Of a DNA stretch of 64,000 nucleotides, positions 17,582 to 27,703 are shown piece by piece; within the stretch, counting starts at the first letter, position 1; each line of letters begins with the position of its first letter. A program made the position numbers and the translations under genes. Origin of the DNA: Myxococcota bacterium. GTDB taxonomy: Bacteria; Myxococcota_A; UBA9160; SZUA-336. The stretch covers positions 1,088,001 through 1,152,000 of the forward strand of contig CBDFGR010000002.1 of assembly GCA_965247115.1 (NCBI GenBank), in the 5' to 3' direction. The notes beneath the pieces are model-generated. The model ran no database searches. It was not told the origin of the DNA and worked only from the letters and a program-made list of their open reading frames with translations.

Positions 17582-18782
17582 ACTCGTAGGCGCTCAGCTG
17601 ACGGATGGCGCTCTGAACATCTTCGTAGTTCAGGGTCCGGTCCTCCTGGAGAGCCGCCCCAACGATCCCCTCCGAGAGTCGGTACTTTCTGACTCGGCCA
17701 CGCGCCGTTCTGGCTCTCAGAGTGGCGCCACGCCTCTGCAGCAAGAGACTGAGCGATCCACGTAGTCGGAGGCCAGGCAGCCAGCGGTCTCGCAACCTCC
17801 GCAATCCGCGGCTTCGTCGCACCCCCTCGAGCAGGCTCGACCCGCTCGGCTCGAGACGGGGCCAGAGACCTTCCAATGTTTCGTCCTGGCTGGCTCCTCG
17901 ACTCAGCTGATCGCCTAGGTAGTCGAAGAGGTCTGGACGCAGGTACGGAGACAGGTACGACAGGTGGAGGTAGTCGATCAACTTGCTCAACTCGGGGGGA
18001 GGGAGGGAGCTTCCCCTCTCGATCACAGCATCGACGAGAAGCGCTCGGTACGTGACGTAACTCCTGAACAGATCATCCGGAGAGTCGACCAGCCACTCCA
18101 GGGGATGCCAGTGCTTGTAGCTCGCGGACGGACCGAGGCTCCGTCCGTAGTAGAGAAGAGGAAGGTGGGCGATCTTACCCTCCACGACGGTCAGGGCGCC
18201 CGAGAGCAACTCCTGGCCGAGCAAACTGTCTAGCGGCTGGACCTTCCCCAGAACCACCTGAAGGATCGAGCTCCGGTACACGCTGTAGGTAACTGCCTGG
18301 TAGTCATCAAAGAACGCCTGTAGGCGTTCGATCGTGCTGGGCTGGTCCATGGACACGCGGATCGGAAGGAGCGAAGTAATGTCGAGCTTTCGACCCTGAT
18401 GGAAGGTGAAGTACCCGCCCTGCGCGGCAGCGAAGTCGGGATGCGCCCCGAGATAGCCGACCAGACGTGGGAGGCCATCAAGAAGAACGACATCATCATC
18501 GCCGCACAGCGCGCAGAACTCGGTACGCACCTCGAGCGAGCCGCGCCAGAACTTCTCGAAAGGCGAGATCCCCCCAGGGAAGGTCAGATGCTCCACGTCC
18601 AGCTTCAAGCTGCCAACCAGATCGGCGCTTCGACTCCGGCTCCCTTCACTTCCTGAGTCCAGGACCAGGATGCGGAAGTCCACCGAGTGGAGCTCCAGGT
18701 AGGTCAGGAGTCGTCGAAGAGCGTCCGGGCGATCGCAGGTAGGGACGATCAACGTGAATTTCGCGTCTAGACCGTTCGCCAA
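17580..18782 (-). CDS. GT2-like glycosyltransferase (TIGR00180-type), paralog of 50831-52024
   Basis: FTLIVPTCDRP..L.RLL.YL, ILVLDSG, LCGDDD, YQAVTYSVYR, ELLSGAL. Confidence 0.8.
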   Translation of the reverse strand: MANGLDAKFTLIVPTCDRPDALRRLLTYLELHSVDFRILVLDSGSEGSRSRSADLVGSLKLDVEHLTFPGGISPFEKFWRGSLEVRTEFCALCGDDDVVLLDGLPRLVGYLGAHPDFAAAQGGYFTFHQGRKLDITSLLPIRVSMDQPSTIERLQAFFDDYQAVTYSVYRSSILQVVLGKVQPLDSLLGQELLSGALTVVEGKIAHLPLLYYGRSLGPSASYKHWHPLEWLVDSPDDLFRSYVTYRALLVDAVIERGSSLPPPELSKLIDYLHLSYLSPYLRPDLFDYLGDQLSRGASQDETLEGLWPRLEPSGSSLLEGVRRSRGLRRLRDRWLPGLRLRGSLSLLLQRRGATLRARTARGRVRKYRLSEGIVGAALQEDRTLNYEDVQSAIRQLSAYE

Positions 18783-18968
18783 CGCCGCCCTCTTCCTGTA
18801 CCCGCGGTGGAGCGATTACGTCCCAGGCGGTGCACCGTGCCGTCGGTATGATCGCACAAATCGACGCCCGGGGTCCGCCGTACGGCGGCCTTGCCCGGGC
18901 TCTGGGATCTTCGGTATCGTCCGTGCGATACTGACTTACGTGCTGCAGAGACGCCCGCACAGACCAGT

Positions 18969-19949
18969 ATGACGATGAGTTTGGACCACGATCAACGAAT
19001 ACACTTATTTCGGGACATGCTGCGGGTCCGCAGGGTCGAGGAGCGTATCGTCGAGCTCTATCCCGAGCAGGAAATCCGCTGCCCTACCCATCTCAGTATC
19101 GGCCAGGAGGCGGTGGCCGCAGGCGTCTGCGCTCATCTCACGCGCGAAGACTACGCAATGAGCGCCCATCGCTCTCATGCTCACTATCTGTCGAAAGGCG
19201 GCGATCTCAACGCGATGTTCGCCGAGCTCTACGGCAAGGCGACTGGCTGCGCCAAGGGCAAGGGAGGGTCGATGCACCTGATCGACCGTTCCGTGGGCTT
19301 TCTCGGTTGTGTTCCAATCGTCGGGAGCACCATCCCCATCGGCGTTGGGGCCGCATTCGGCTCGATGTTACAGAATCACGATGGCCTCACGGTGATCTTC
19401 TTCGGGGATGGCGCTGCCGAGACTGGCGTGTTCCACGAGAGTCTCAACTTTGCCGCGCTGCACAAGCTGCCCGTCCTCTTCGTCTGCGAGAACAACCTCT
19501 ACTCCGTTAATACGCCGCTGTCAGCGCGTCAGCCTGACGGGCGAAAGATCACGCAGATCGCGGAGGGTCTCGGTCTCCACGCCATCCAAGGCGACGGGCA
19601 GGATGTAGAGAGCGTATACGAGGTCGCCGGCGAGATGATCTCCGTTGCCCGCCAAGGTGGCGGACCCGCCTTCGTCGAGTACGCAACGTACCGGTGGCTG
19701 GAGCACTGCGGACCCCTTACCGACACACATCTGGACTTCCGTCCCGAGGGGGAGTACGAAGCGTGGCTCGATCGCTGCCCCGTCTCGCTAGCTCGGGACC
19801 GTCTGACCTTGGAGCGGGTGCTCGATGACAGTGCGCTCGCCGCGATAGAGCTCGAGATCGCGGAGGAGATAGAAAAGGCGGTTGACCACGCCAAGACGAG
19901 CCCCTTTCCTCAGCGTGCCGAGCTAACGGCGAACGTGTGGGCCTCCTAG
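18969..19949 (+). CDS. TPP-dependent dehydrogenase E1 alpha-like subunit
   Basis: HLSIGQEA, HRSHAH, GKGGSMH, FFGDGA..G.FHESLN, CENNLYS, TYRWLEHCGP. Confidence 0.92.
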   Translation: MTMSLDHDQRIHLFRDMLRVRRVEERIVELYPEQEIRCPTHLSIGQEAVAAGVCAHLTREDYAMSAHRSHAHYLSKGGDLNAMFAELYGKATGCAKGKGGSMHLIDRSVGFLGCVPIVGSTIPIGVGAAFGSMLQNHDGLTVIFFGDGAAETGVFHESLNFAALHKLPVLFVCENNLYSVNTPLSARQPDGRKITQIAEGLGLHAIQGDGQDVESVYEVAGEMISVARQGGGPAFVEYATYRWLEHCGPLTDTHLDFRPEGEYEAWLDRCPVSLARDRLTLERVLDDSALAAIELEIAEEIEKAVDHAKTSPFPQRAELTANVWAS

Positions 19950-19962
19950 CGGCGAGGCCAGC

Positions 19963-21024
19963 ATGAACGACCGACAGCTCAAGTTCTCCGAGGCACTCAA
20001 CGAGGCAGTTGACCTCTGTATGGACAAGGACTCCCGCGTCTATCTAATGGGGCTGGGAGCTCCTGACCCGTTGGGTGTATTCGGAACGACGAAGGGACTC
20101 GCAGAAAAATACGGGCCTCGGCGAGTCCTGGACATGCCGATATCCGAGAGTGCCATGACGGGTGTCATGCTTGGCTCGGCTCTGGTAGGGATGCGGCCAG
20201 TCATGACCCACATCAGGCAAGAGTTCGCCATGCTCGCGATCGATCAGATCGTGAACCAGGCCGCGAAGTGGCACTACATGTTCGGCGGCCAATCTCGGGT
20301 TCCCATAGTGATCCGAGTGATCGTGGGCAGAGGCTGGGGCCAGGGGCCACAACACTCCCAGAGTCTCCACAGCTGGTTCTCCCACATCCCCGGCCTGAAG
20401 GTCGTCATGCCAACGACGCCTCGCGATGCCAAGGGCTTGCTGATTGCCAGCATCGAGGACGACAGCCCTGTCGTATTCATTGAGCACCGCTGGCTACACA
20501 ACATTCACGGGCCCGTACCTGACGGAGTCTACAGAGTTCCTCTCGGCCTCCCGAACATCCTGCGCCGCGGGAAAGACGTCACGATTGTGGCGTTGTCTTA
20601 CATGACTCTGGAGGCCGCAAAGGCGGCCGACGTTCTGGCTGACGCCGGAATCGAGGCCGAGTTGATCGACCTGCGCACACTCAACCCTCTCGACGATGAG
20701 CTCATCCTCGACTCGGTCCGCAAGACAGGACGCCTCGTCGTCTGCGATCACGCGACCCCGACAGCAGGTTTCGCTGCCGAGGTCGTAGCGAGAGTCACCG
20801 AGAAGATCTTCTCTTCGCTCAGGGCGCCTCCGGTACGCATCACACTTGCAGACTGCCCTACGCCGACGACACGGGCCCTGGCAAATTATCACTACCCCAC
20901 GCCCCGACATATCGTCGCAGCCGTTCAGAGAACGCTCGGTCTTCCGGCAACCGACCCCAGCGACGATGTCGAGGCGGCAGAGTTCTTGGACGTTCCCGAC
21001 CAGGCCTTTACGGGGCCCTTCTAG
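19963..21024 (+). CDS. TPP-dependent dehydrogenase E1 beta-like subunit
   Basis: DMPISE, DQIVNQAAK, GRGWGQGPQHSQ, PGLKVVMP, IDLRTLNPLD. Confidence 0.92.
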   Translation: MNDRQLKFSEALNEAVDLCMDKDSRVYLMGLGAPDPLGVFGTTKGLAEKYGPRRVLDMPISESAMTGVMLGSALVGMRPVMTHIRQEFAMLAIDQIVNQAAKWHYMFGGQSRVPIVIRVIVGRGWGQGPQHSQSLHSWFSHIPGLKVVMPTTPRDAKGLLIASIEDDSPVVFIEHRWLHNIHGPVPDGVYRVPLGLPNILRRGKDVTIVALSYMTLEAAKAADVLADAGIEAELIDLRTLNPLDDELILDSVRKTGRLVVCDHATPTAGFAAEVVARVTEKIFSSLRAPPVRITLADCPTPTTRALANYHYPTPRHIVAAVQRTLGLPATDPSDDVEAAEFLDVPDQAFTGPF

Positions 21025-21054
21025 CGCACATCGGAGAGAGGAGGCAGGCCCAGG

Positions 21055-21660
21055 ATGAGCCCGAGTACATTCACCGAGAGATACGTCAGGGAGGCCACTG
21101 AGATCCTCGAGAAGATCGATCGAGGCGAGCTCGATCGGATCATCGGCATACTGGCGGAGTTGCGACCCACCCGCGGTCGCCTCTTCTTCCTCGGCGTGGG
21201 TGGCAGTGCGGCCAACGCTAGCCACGCAGTCAATGACTTTCGTAAGATCGCAGGGATCGAGGCATACACGCCCACCGACAACGTCGCCGAGCTCACCGCC
21301 AGAGTGAACGATGCGGGCTGGGAAACATCCTTCTCCGAATGGCTGGTGGCGAGCCATCTCGGGCCGGAAGACGTCATCTTCGTCCTCTCGGTTGGCGGCG
21401 GTAGTCTAGAGAAGAACGTCAGCCTCAACATCGTGCGCGCACTGGAACTCGCGAAGAAAGTGGGCGCCCGGATAGTCGGCGTCGTTGGTCGGGACGGAGG
21501 CTACACTGCGCGAGTGAGCGATGCTTGCGTCATCATTCCGACGGTAAACACCGAGACCGTCACCCCTCACACCGAGTCATTCCAGGCGGTCGTCTGGCAC
21601 CTCATCGTCTCACACCCGGAGCTCAAGCAGCATCAGACCAAGTGGGAGTCCGTCGTCTAG
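21055..21660 (+). CDS. gmhA: SIS-domain phosphosugar isomerase (GmhA-like)
   Basis: GVGGSAANASHAVND, LTARVND.GW, VLSVGGG, VGRDGG, PHTESFQ. Confidence 0.8.
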   Translation: MSPSTFTERYVREATEILEKIDRGELDRIIGILAELRPTRGRLFFLGVGGSAANASHAVNDFRKIAGIEAYTPTDNVAELTARVNDAGWETSFSEWLVASHLGPEDVIFVLSVGGGSLEKNVSLNIVRALELAKKVGARIVGVVGRDGGYTARVSDACVIIPTVNTETVTPHTESFQAVVWHLIVSHPELKQHQTKWESVV

Positions 21661-21670
21661 CGGATACCGC

Positions 21671-22372
21671 TCAGAGGATGGCGTAGCCCGCAGCACGGGC
21701 ATCGGAGTGGAACATCCGTACGGTCTCGAGCGAGAACTCGTCCAGGTCTTTTCCGATCACCTGGAGCTTGTTCAGCACGTCCACAGTTGCCGTGATGATA
21801 TGGCAGCCTGCCTGCTCTGCCTGCAAGACGTTCAACACTTCACGCGGACTCGCCCAGAGCAGCTCGGCCTTCGGTTTTTCCCCGATGATCTGACGTGCGC
21901 GCGCCATCATTGGAGTCGGATCTACTCCAGTGTCTGCGATTCTCCCGGCGAAAACCGAGACGATGCTGGGTGTGTCCGGATGCAGCGCCCTGGAAGCCAA
22001 CCCCACCTGCTCGAGCGTAAGAATGGCAGTCACGTTGAGAGATAGCCCCTCGCCGGAGAGCTTCTCGATCAAGGGAACCGCCGACTCGCCCTGAGTGTCG
22101 GTGATCGGGACCTTGATGTACGTATGGCCGCCCCAGCTCGCGATCTTGTGGGCCTCCTCTGCCATCGCCCCGAAGTCGTCAGAGAAAACTTCGAAAGAGA
22201 TAGGGAGGTCGGGAATCGCGGCAATCGCTTCACGGGCGAAGGACTCGTAGTCCCGAACGCCGGCCTTGCGCATCAGGGTAGGATTCGTCGTGAAACCGCC
22301 AACCAGACCTTCGCTGTACGCTTTCCTCATCCCGGCGAGGTCAGCACCATCCATGAACAGCTTGATCTTCAT
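21671..22372 (-). CDS. tal: Transaldolase family protein
   Basis: GFTTNPTLMRK, PISFEVF, YIKVP, LNVTA, SVFAGRIAD, LWASPRE; start at ATG 22372. Confidence 0.9.
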   Translation of the reverse strand: MKIKLFMDGADLAGMRKAYSEGLVGGFTTNPTLMRKAGVRDYESFAREAIAAIPDLPISFEVFSDDFGAMAEEAHKIASWGGHTYIKVPITDTQGESAVPLIEKLSGEGLSLNVTAILTLEQVGLASRALHPDTPSIVSVFAGRIADTGVDPTPMMARARQIIGEKPKAELLWASPREVLNVLQAEQAGCHIITATVDVLNKLQVIGKDLDEFSLETVRMFHSDARAAGYAIL

Positions 22373-22461
22373 CGCCCCTACCCCTTCCGACCCCTTATAG
22401 GGTAGAACTCGCGACAATAGCAACCCGAAAGTGGGCCTCGAGCGCCGGAGCGAAGGCTGAA

Positions 22462-22490
22462 TTGACAGCGTCAGGAGCTGCGTACATAGT
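22462..22490 (+). promoter_or_regulatory. Putative sigma70 promoter for the gmhB-epimerase operon
   Basis: TTGACA, 17-bp spacer, CATAGT in the divergent intergenic region. Confidence 0.55.
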
Positions 22491-22604
22491 CACCTGCGCA
22501 GCCGGACGAGCTCGTCGGCTGGGAGGACGAACCAGAGGTACTACCGGCGCTCTCTTCGCCTCTGGGCTGGCAAAGATCCTCGTCCGAGCGACTCGAGCAA
22601 CGCA

Positions 22605-23198
22605 TTGGGAAACAACGATCTTGATCAGACCGGAGTCGGTGGAGGCGTCCGGGCCGTCTTCCTGGACCGAGATGGGGTCATCAACGATGTCGTTGTACGA
22701 GACGGGAAGCCCTACCCGCCCTCGTCCTTGAACGCACTCAGCATCCTACCAGGAGTTCCAGAAACGCTGGCCGCGCTGCATGTCGCTGGGCTTCGCCTGA
22801 TCGTCGTGACAAATCAACCCGACGTCGCCTCCGGCATCCAGCAACGCCATGTGGTAGAAGAGATCCACGACTGGCTTGCGAGGACTCTACCCATCGATGA
22901 GATCAAGGTCTGCTTTCACGTCGACTCCGACGGTTGTGGCTGTCGAAAGCCGCGACCCGGCATGTTGGAGACCGCCGCCACCGAGTGGGGCCTGAACCTC
23001 GAACAGAGCTTCTTGGTGGGTGATCGCTGGCGAGACATCGAGGCCGGGCACGCGGCGGGATGTCAAACACTCTGGATTGATCGTGGCTACGGAGAGCGAA
23101 AGCCAGAGGCTCCTGATCATGTAGTGTCCTGCCTCACCGACGCTGGTCGGATCATCCTCAACGCGCTGGGTGCTGATAGACGGGGGATCTCGACATGA
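22605..23198 (+). CDS. gmhB: HAD-IIIA phosphatase (GmhB-like)
   Basis: FLDRDGVIN, VVTNQPD, CFH..DGCGCRKPRPGM, VGDRWRDIEAG. Confidence 0.88.
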   Translation: MGNNDLDQTGVGGGVRAVFLDRDGVINDVVVRDGKPYPPSSLNALSILPGVPETLAALHVAGLRLIVVTNQPDVASGIQQRHVVEEIHDWLARTLPIDEIKVCFHVDSDGCGCRKPRPGMLETAATEWGLNLEQSFLVGDRWRDIEAGHAAGCQTLWIDRGYGERKPEAPDHVVSCLTDAGRIILNALGADRRGIST

Positions 23199-24193
23199 GA
23201 AAAGTACTGGTTACGGGAGGGGCGGGCTACGTGGGCAACGTCCTCACTCCCCAGCTCCTCGAGGCCGGCTACGAGGTAACGATCTACGACATTCTCTATT
23301 TTGGTCGAGACACGCTTCCAACCCATCCGAATCTCGCGGTCGTCGAGGGCGATATCCGAGATACCGATCGACTCCGAAAGACCCTTACAGGGGTCGACGC
23401 AGTCTTGCACCTCGCCTGCATCTCGAACGATCCCAGCTTCGAGCTCGACGAGCGTCTCAGCGAGAGCATCAACTACGACTGCTTCGAGCCGATGGTAGTC
23501 GCTGCCAAGGACGCCGGAGTCAAGCGCTTCGTCTACTGCTCGACGAGTTCCGTGTACGGAGTCAGCGAAGCGCGAGATATCCGCGAAGACCATCCGCTTG
23601 TACCCCTGACGCTGTACAACAAGTTCAAGGGCATGTGCGAACCGCTCTTGTGGAAACACATCTCGGAGGACTTCACCGGCGTGATCATCCGCCCCGCTAC
23701 GCTTTGCGGATACAGTCCTCGTATGCGTCTGGATCTATCCGTGAACATCCTGACAAACCATGCGGTTACAAACGGGAAGATCACCGTTTTTGGTGGTGAT
23801 CAGCTCCGACCCAATCTTCACATCAACGACATGGCGGACGCCTATCAGCTCCTGCTGCAGGTTCCTGCAGCGAAGATTCAAGGCGAGACCTTCAACATCG
23901 GCTATCAGAACCTGTCGATCACGGAGATCGCCAAACTCGTGGGTATGGTCGTGATGGAGGAGTATCCCGAGAAGGGAAAGATCGAGATCGTAACGACCTC
24001 GAGCGATGACCGCCGTTCGTATCACATCAACTCGGACAAAGTCCGAGAAGTTCTGGGCTTCACGCCCAAGCGGTCCATCGAAGACGCGGTCCGCGACATC
24101 TGCCGGGCCATGAAAGCCGGCAAGTTGCCCGGAAGCATCAACGATGATCGCTACTTCAATGTTCGGACCATGAAGGTTCTAGCGACCGTATGA
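23195..24193 (+). CDS. NAD-dependent sugar epimerase/dehydratase
   Basis: VTGGAGYVG, HLACISNDPS, STSSVYG, YNKFK, RPATLCG.SPRMRLDL. Confidence 0.92.
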   Translation: MRKVLVTGGAGYVGNVLTPQLLEAGYEVTIYDILYFGRDTLPTHPNLAVVEGDIRDTDRLRKTLTGVDAVLHLACISNDPSFELDERLSESINYDCFEPMVVAAKDAGVKRFVYCSTSSVYGVSEARDIREDHPLVPLTLYNKFKGMCEPLLWKHISEDFTGVIIRPATLCGYSPRMRLDLSVNILTNHAVTNGKITVFGGDQLRPNLHINDMADAYQLLLQVPAAKIQGETFNIGYQNLSITEIAKLVGMVVMEEYPEKGKIEIVTTSSDDRRSYHINSDKVREVLGFTPKRSIEDAVRDICRAMKAGKLPGSINDDRYFNVRTMKVLATV

Positions 24194-25197
24194 CGGCTGA
24201 GCAGCAAACCTTACCTGGGACCGCAGTCATCACCGGGGGTGCCGGCTTTCTCGGCAGCCACATGGTGGACCTGCTCCTCTCGAGCGGATTCGAAGTTCGG
24301 GTGATCGACAACTTCGTGGGAGGCCGGGAGTCCAACCTGGCGCACCACGAGGGGAACCACAGCCTCTCTGTCGAGAACGCGGACATTCGCAGCCTCCAGG
24401 TGGACAGTCCGATCTTCCGAGGAGCGCGTTTTGTGTTCCACTTTGCCGGCATCGGGGACATCGTCCCCTCGATTCAGCGTCCAACCGAGTACATGTCGGT
24501 AAACGTGCAAGGCACCGTCAACGTCCTGGAGTGCGCCCGCCAGGCCGGCGTCGAGAAGGTGGTCTATGCTGCGTCCTCTTCCTGCTACGGGTTGGCATCC
24601 GTGCCGACCAGGGAGGACCATTCGATCTCCCCTCAGTACCCGTATGCCTTGAGTAAGTGGCAGGGAGAAGAGACGCTTCTTCATTGGCACCAAGTCTATG
24701 GCTTGCCGGTGAACTCGATTCGTATCTTCAACGCATACGGCATTCGCTCACGAACGACAGGGGCGTACGGAGCGGTGTTTGGCGTATTCTTGAAGCAAAA
24801 GCTCTCGGGGAAGCCATTCACCGTTGTGGGGAGCGGCGAACAGACTCGGGACTTCGTCTACGCCACCGACGTCGCAAGGGCCTTCCTGCTTGCTGCTGAA
24901 ACTGGACGCGATGGAGAGGTTTACAACGTCGGCGCCGGACACCCACAATCGGTCAACACGCTGATCGGACTTCTCGGTGGCGATGTCGTGCACATCGAGA
25001 AGCGTCCGGGAGAGCCGGATTGCACCTGGGCGGACATCGACAAGATCGGAAATGAGCTGGGCTGGCATCCAAGAGTCTCCTTCCCGGAGGGGGTAGCCCG
25101 CATACTCGACCGGATCGAGGACTGGCGCGATGCGCCGCTCTGGGACCCGAACTCGATCGCGGCGGCCACCCGGGACTGGTTCACGGCGCTGTCCTGA
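24190..25197 (+). CDS. NAD-dependent sugar epimerase/dehydratase
   Basis: TGGAGFLGSH, ASSSCYG, YALSK, RIFNAYG, QTRDFVY. Confidence 0.92.
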   Translation: MTAEQQTLPGTAVITGGAGFLGSHMVDLLLSSGFEVRVIDNFVGGRESNLAHHEGNHSLSVENADIRSLQVDSPIFRGARFVFHFAGIGDIVPSIQRPTEYMSVNVQGTVNVLECARQAGVEKVVYAASSSCYGLASVPTREDHSISPQYPYALSKWQGEETLLHWHQVYGLPVNSIRIFNAYGIRSRTTGAYGAVFGVFLKQKLSGKPFTVVGSGEQTRDFVYATDVARAFLLAAETGRDGEVYNVGAGHPQSVNTLIGLLGGDVVHIEKRPGEPDCTWADIDKIGNELGWHPRVSFPEGVARILDRIEDWRDAPLWDPNSIAAATRDWFTALS

Positions 25198-25210
25198 GGA
25201 GGATGAACGG

Positions 25211-26752
25211 GTGATTGAGGGCCAGTACCGTCGAAAGATCAAGACGGCAGCCGAGCTGCGTAAGATCGTCGGCCCCCCACCGCGCACGAAGAAAGTGATC
25301 ATGTGCCACGGCACCTTCGACGTCGTGCACCCGGGCCACATCCGACACCTGATATACGCGGCGAGCAAGGCCGACGTCCTGGTGGCCAGCCTCACCACCG
25401 ACGCCCACATCGAGAAAGCGCACTTTCGCCCCTTCGTTCCCGAGGAGCTGCGGGCCATGAACCTCGCCGCTCTCGAGGTGGTGGACTACGTCGTGGTCGA
25501 TCCAAATCCGACGCCGATCGACAATCTCCGACTCATTCAGCCCGACTACTTCGCGAAGGGCTACGAGTACGTAGATGGGGGACTGCACCCCAAGACGGGA
25601 GAGGAGCTCGAGGTCCTCGAGACCTACGGCGGCGAGATCATCTTCACACCGGGGGATATCGTCTACTCGTCGTCACGCCTGATCGAAACCCACCCGCCAA
25701 ACATCGCCACGGACAAGCTCGTGGCCTTGATGGACGCGGAGGAGCTGAGCTTCGCCGATCTCCACGCCGCCCTCGAGAAGTTCGAGGGAATTCGCGTGCA
25801 TGTGGTAGGCGACACGATTGTTGACCGATACACCTACTCCTCACTGATAGGAAGCAACAGCAAGACTCCCACGTTTAGCGTTCGCTACGAGAGCCAGGCC
25901 GATTACGCGGGTGGCGCTGCCGTAGTCGCCCACCACCTCCGCGCAGCCGGGGCTGAAGTACGCTTCTCGACCGTGCTGGGCGACGATCCGCTCAAGGACT
26001 TTGTGCTCGCGGACCTGGAGAGCGCACAAGTGCAGTGCGATGCGATCATAGACCCCACGAGACCCACGACGCAAAAGAACGCGTTCATCGCAGGTGGTTA
26101 CCGCCTGCTCAAAGTCGACACTCTGGACAACCGTACGATTTCTGACCGGATACTGAATGCCCTTCAACAGCGGATCGCCGAGCATCCCGTAGACGCAGTC
26201 GTCTTCAGCGACTTCCGGCACGGGATCTTCGACCGTCAGACGGTACCGAAGCTGATCGAGAGCATACCCGGAGGGACGTATAGGGTCGCCGACAGCCAGG
26301 TTGCCAGCCGCTGGGGCAACATCCTGGACTTCCGGGGCTTCAATCTCATCACGCCAAACGAGCGGGAGGCGCGCTTCGCCTTGGGGGATCAGGACTCCGT
26401 TGTACGTCCTCTCGCGCTCCAGCTCTACGAACAGGCGAAGTGCGAGACACTCGTTCTGAAGCTGGGACCCCGCGGAATTCTGGTCTACCGTCGGCGCCCG
26501 ACCGATGACGTGCGGGCGTTCTTTGTGGTTGACAGCTTCGCGTCGAACGTCGTGGATGCCATGGGCTCCGGCGATGCACTGCTTGCTTACTCCACCCTGG
26601 GGATGGTCACTACCGGCAACGAGGTGATTGCAGGCGTACTGGGGACCTTCGCTGCCGCCATCGAGTGCGAGCGGGACGGCAACATCCCAGTCTCCCCGAA
26701 GGATCTCAGGGAGAAGCTGCAGCAGGTGGAGAGGCAGGCGCACTTTTGCTGA
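25211..26752 (+). CDS. Bifunctional nucleotidyltransferase + PfkB sugar kinase (RfaE/HldE-like, reversed domain order)
   Basis: N-terminal HGTFDVVHPGH..YSSS; C-terminal VVGDTIVD, GGAAVVA, TPNEREAR, DAMGSGDA; RBS GAGGAGG before GTG 25211. Confidence 0.88.
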   Translation: MIEGQYRRKIKTAAELRKIVGPPPRTKKVIMCHGTFDVVHPGHIRHLIYAASKADVLVASLTTDAHIEKAHFRPFVPEELRAMNLAALEVVDYVVVDPNPTPIDNLRLIQPDYFAKGYEYVDGGLHPKTGEELEVLETYGGEIIFTPGDIVYSSSRLIETHPPNIATDKLVALMDAEELSFADLHAALEKFEGIRVHVVGDTIVDRYTYSSLIGSNSKTPTFSVRYESQADYAGGAAVVAHHLRAAGAEVRFSTVLGDDPLKDFVLADLESAQVQCDAIIDPTRPTTQKNAFIAGGYRLLKVDTLDNRTISDRILNALQQRIAEHPVDAVVFSDFRHGIFDRQTVPKLIESIPGGTYRVADSQVASRWGNILDFRGFNLITPNEREARFALGDQDSVVRPLALQLYEQAKCETLVLKLGPRGILVYRRRPTDDVRAFFVVDSFASNVVDAMGSGDALLAYSTLGMVTTGNEVIAGVLGTFAAAIECERDGNIPVSPKDLREKLQQVERQAHFC

Positions 26753-26773
26753 GCTGGGGAAATTGAGCGAGTC

Positions 26774-27703
26774 GTGAGAGCGGTCGTAGTCGGCCTCGGT
26801 GTACAGGGGCAAAAACGCCTGCAGGTAGCCGGGCGAGATGTCGTGGCAACGGTAGATTCGGTCAGGGACGGGGTAGACTACCGCACGCTCAAGGACGTGC
26901 CGCTCGATCAGTACGATGCCGCGTTCGTGTGCGTGCCAGAGGCAGCGAAGATCGATCTGCTCGCCTACCTGCTCGGCCAGGGTAAGCACGCCCTCGTCGA
27001 GAAGCCCCTGATTTCAGAAGACGACAGCGAGCTGGTGCACTTGGATACGCTCGCTCGATCCCAGGGGGCGGTGTGCTATACGGCATACAATCATCGCTTC
27101 GAGCCTCACGTTCGACGGATGAAAGAGCTCCTCGAGTCCGGGCGGCTTGGGCGTGTGTACTTCGCTCGTCTGTTCTACGGAAACGGCACGGCACGCGACG
27201 TGCGAAACTCGCCATGGCGGGATCAAGGTTCGGGAGTACTGAGGGACCTCGGCTCGCATCTTCTCGACATCGTCCTAATGTGGTTTGGGCCTCCGAGTGC
27301 GCAGTTCCACGTTCGAGCCGCACACCGTTTCGAGAATCGCGCCCTGGATCACGTCATCGTGGGGATGGAAGGGGAGCCCGCCGTCGAGATCGAGGCCACT
27401 CTGCTCTCGTGGCGCAACCACTTCAGCGCCGACATCTACGCGGAGCGAGGAAGTGCACACATCGACTCGCTTTGTAAGTGGGGTCCGAGCACCCTTACCG
27501 TACGCACCCGGGTCCTGCCCAGCGGTCGACCCTCTGAAGAGGCCGTCGTGCTGACAGAGCCCGATCCCACCTGGGACCTCGAGTACGGCTACTTCAAGCA
27601 GCTGTGCCGGGAGGCAGAACCTGGGACGCTGGGAAGGGACGTCTCCCTCAACCGGATCTTGCGTCAGCTGAGCGAAGAAACTCTTGCGGAGGCGCGAGCG
27701 TGA
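26774..27703 (+). CDS. Gfo/Idh/MocA oxidoreductase
   Basis: VVGLGVQG, HALVEKP, YNHRFEP, GVLRDLGSHLLD. Confidence 0.9.
   Translation: MRAVVVGLGVQGQKRLQVAGRDVVATVDSVRDGVDYRTLKDVPLDQYDAAFVCVPEAAKIDLLAYLLGQGKHALVEKPLISEDDSELVHLDTLARSQGAVCYTAYNHRFEPHVRRMKELLESGRLGRVYFARLFYGNGTARDVRNSPWRDQGSGVLRDLGSHLLDIVLMWFGPPSAQFHVRAAHRFENRALDHVIVGMEGEPAVEIEATLLSWRNHFSADIYAERGSAHIDSLCKWGPSTLTVRTRVLPSGRPSEEAVVLTEPDPTWDLEYGYFKQLCREAEPGTLGRDVSLNRILRQLSEETLAEARA

Noticed and set aside
18969..21024. Housekeeping pyruvate dehydrogenase pdhA/pdhB
   Set aside because: No E2/E3 genes, and the pair is embedded in sugar-nucleotide genes, so no symbol was assigned
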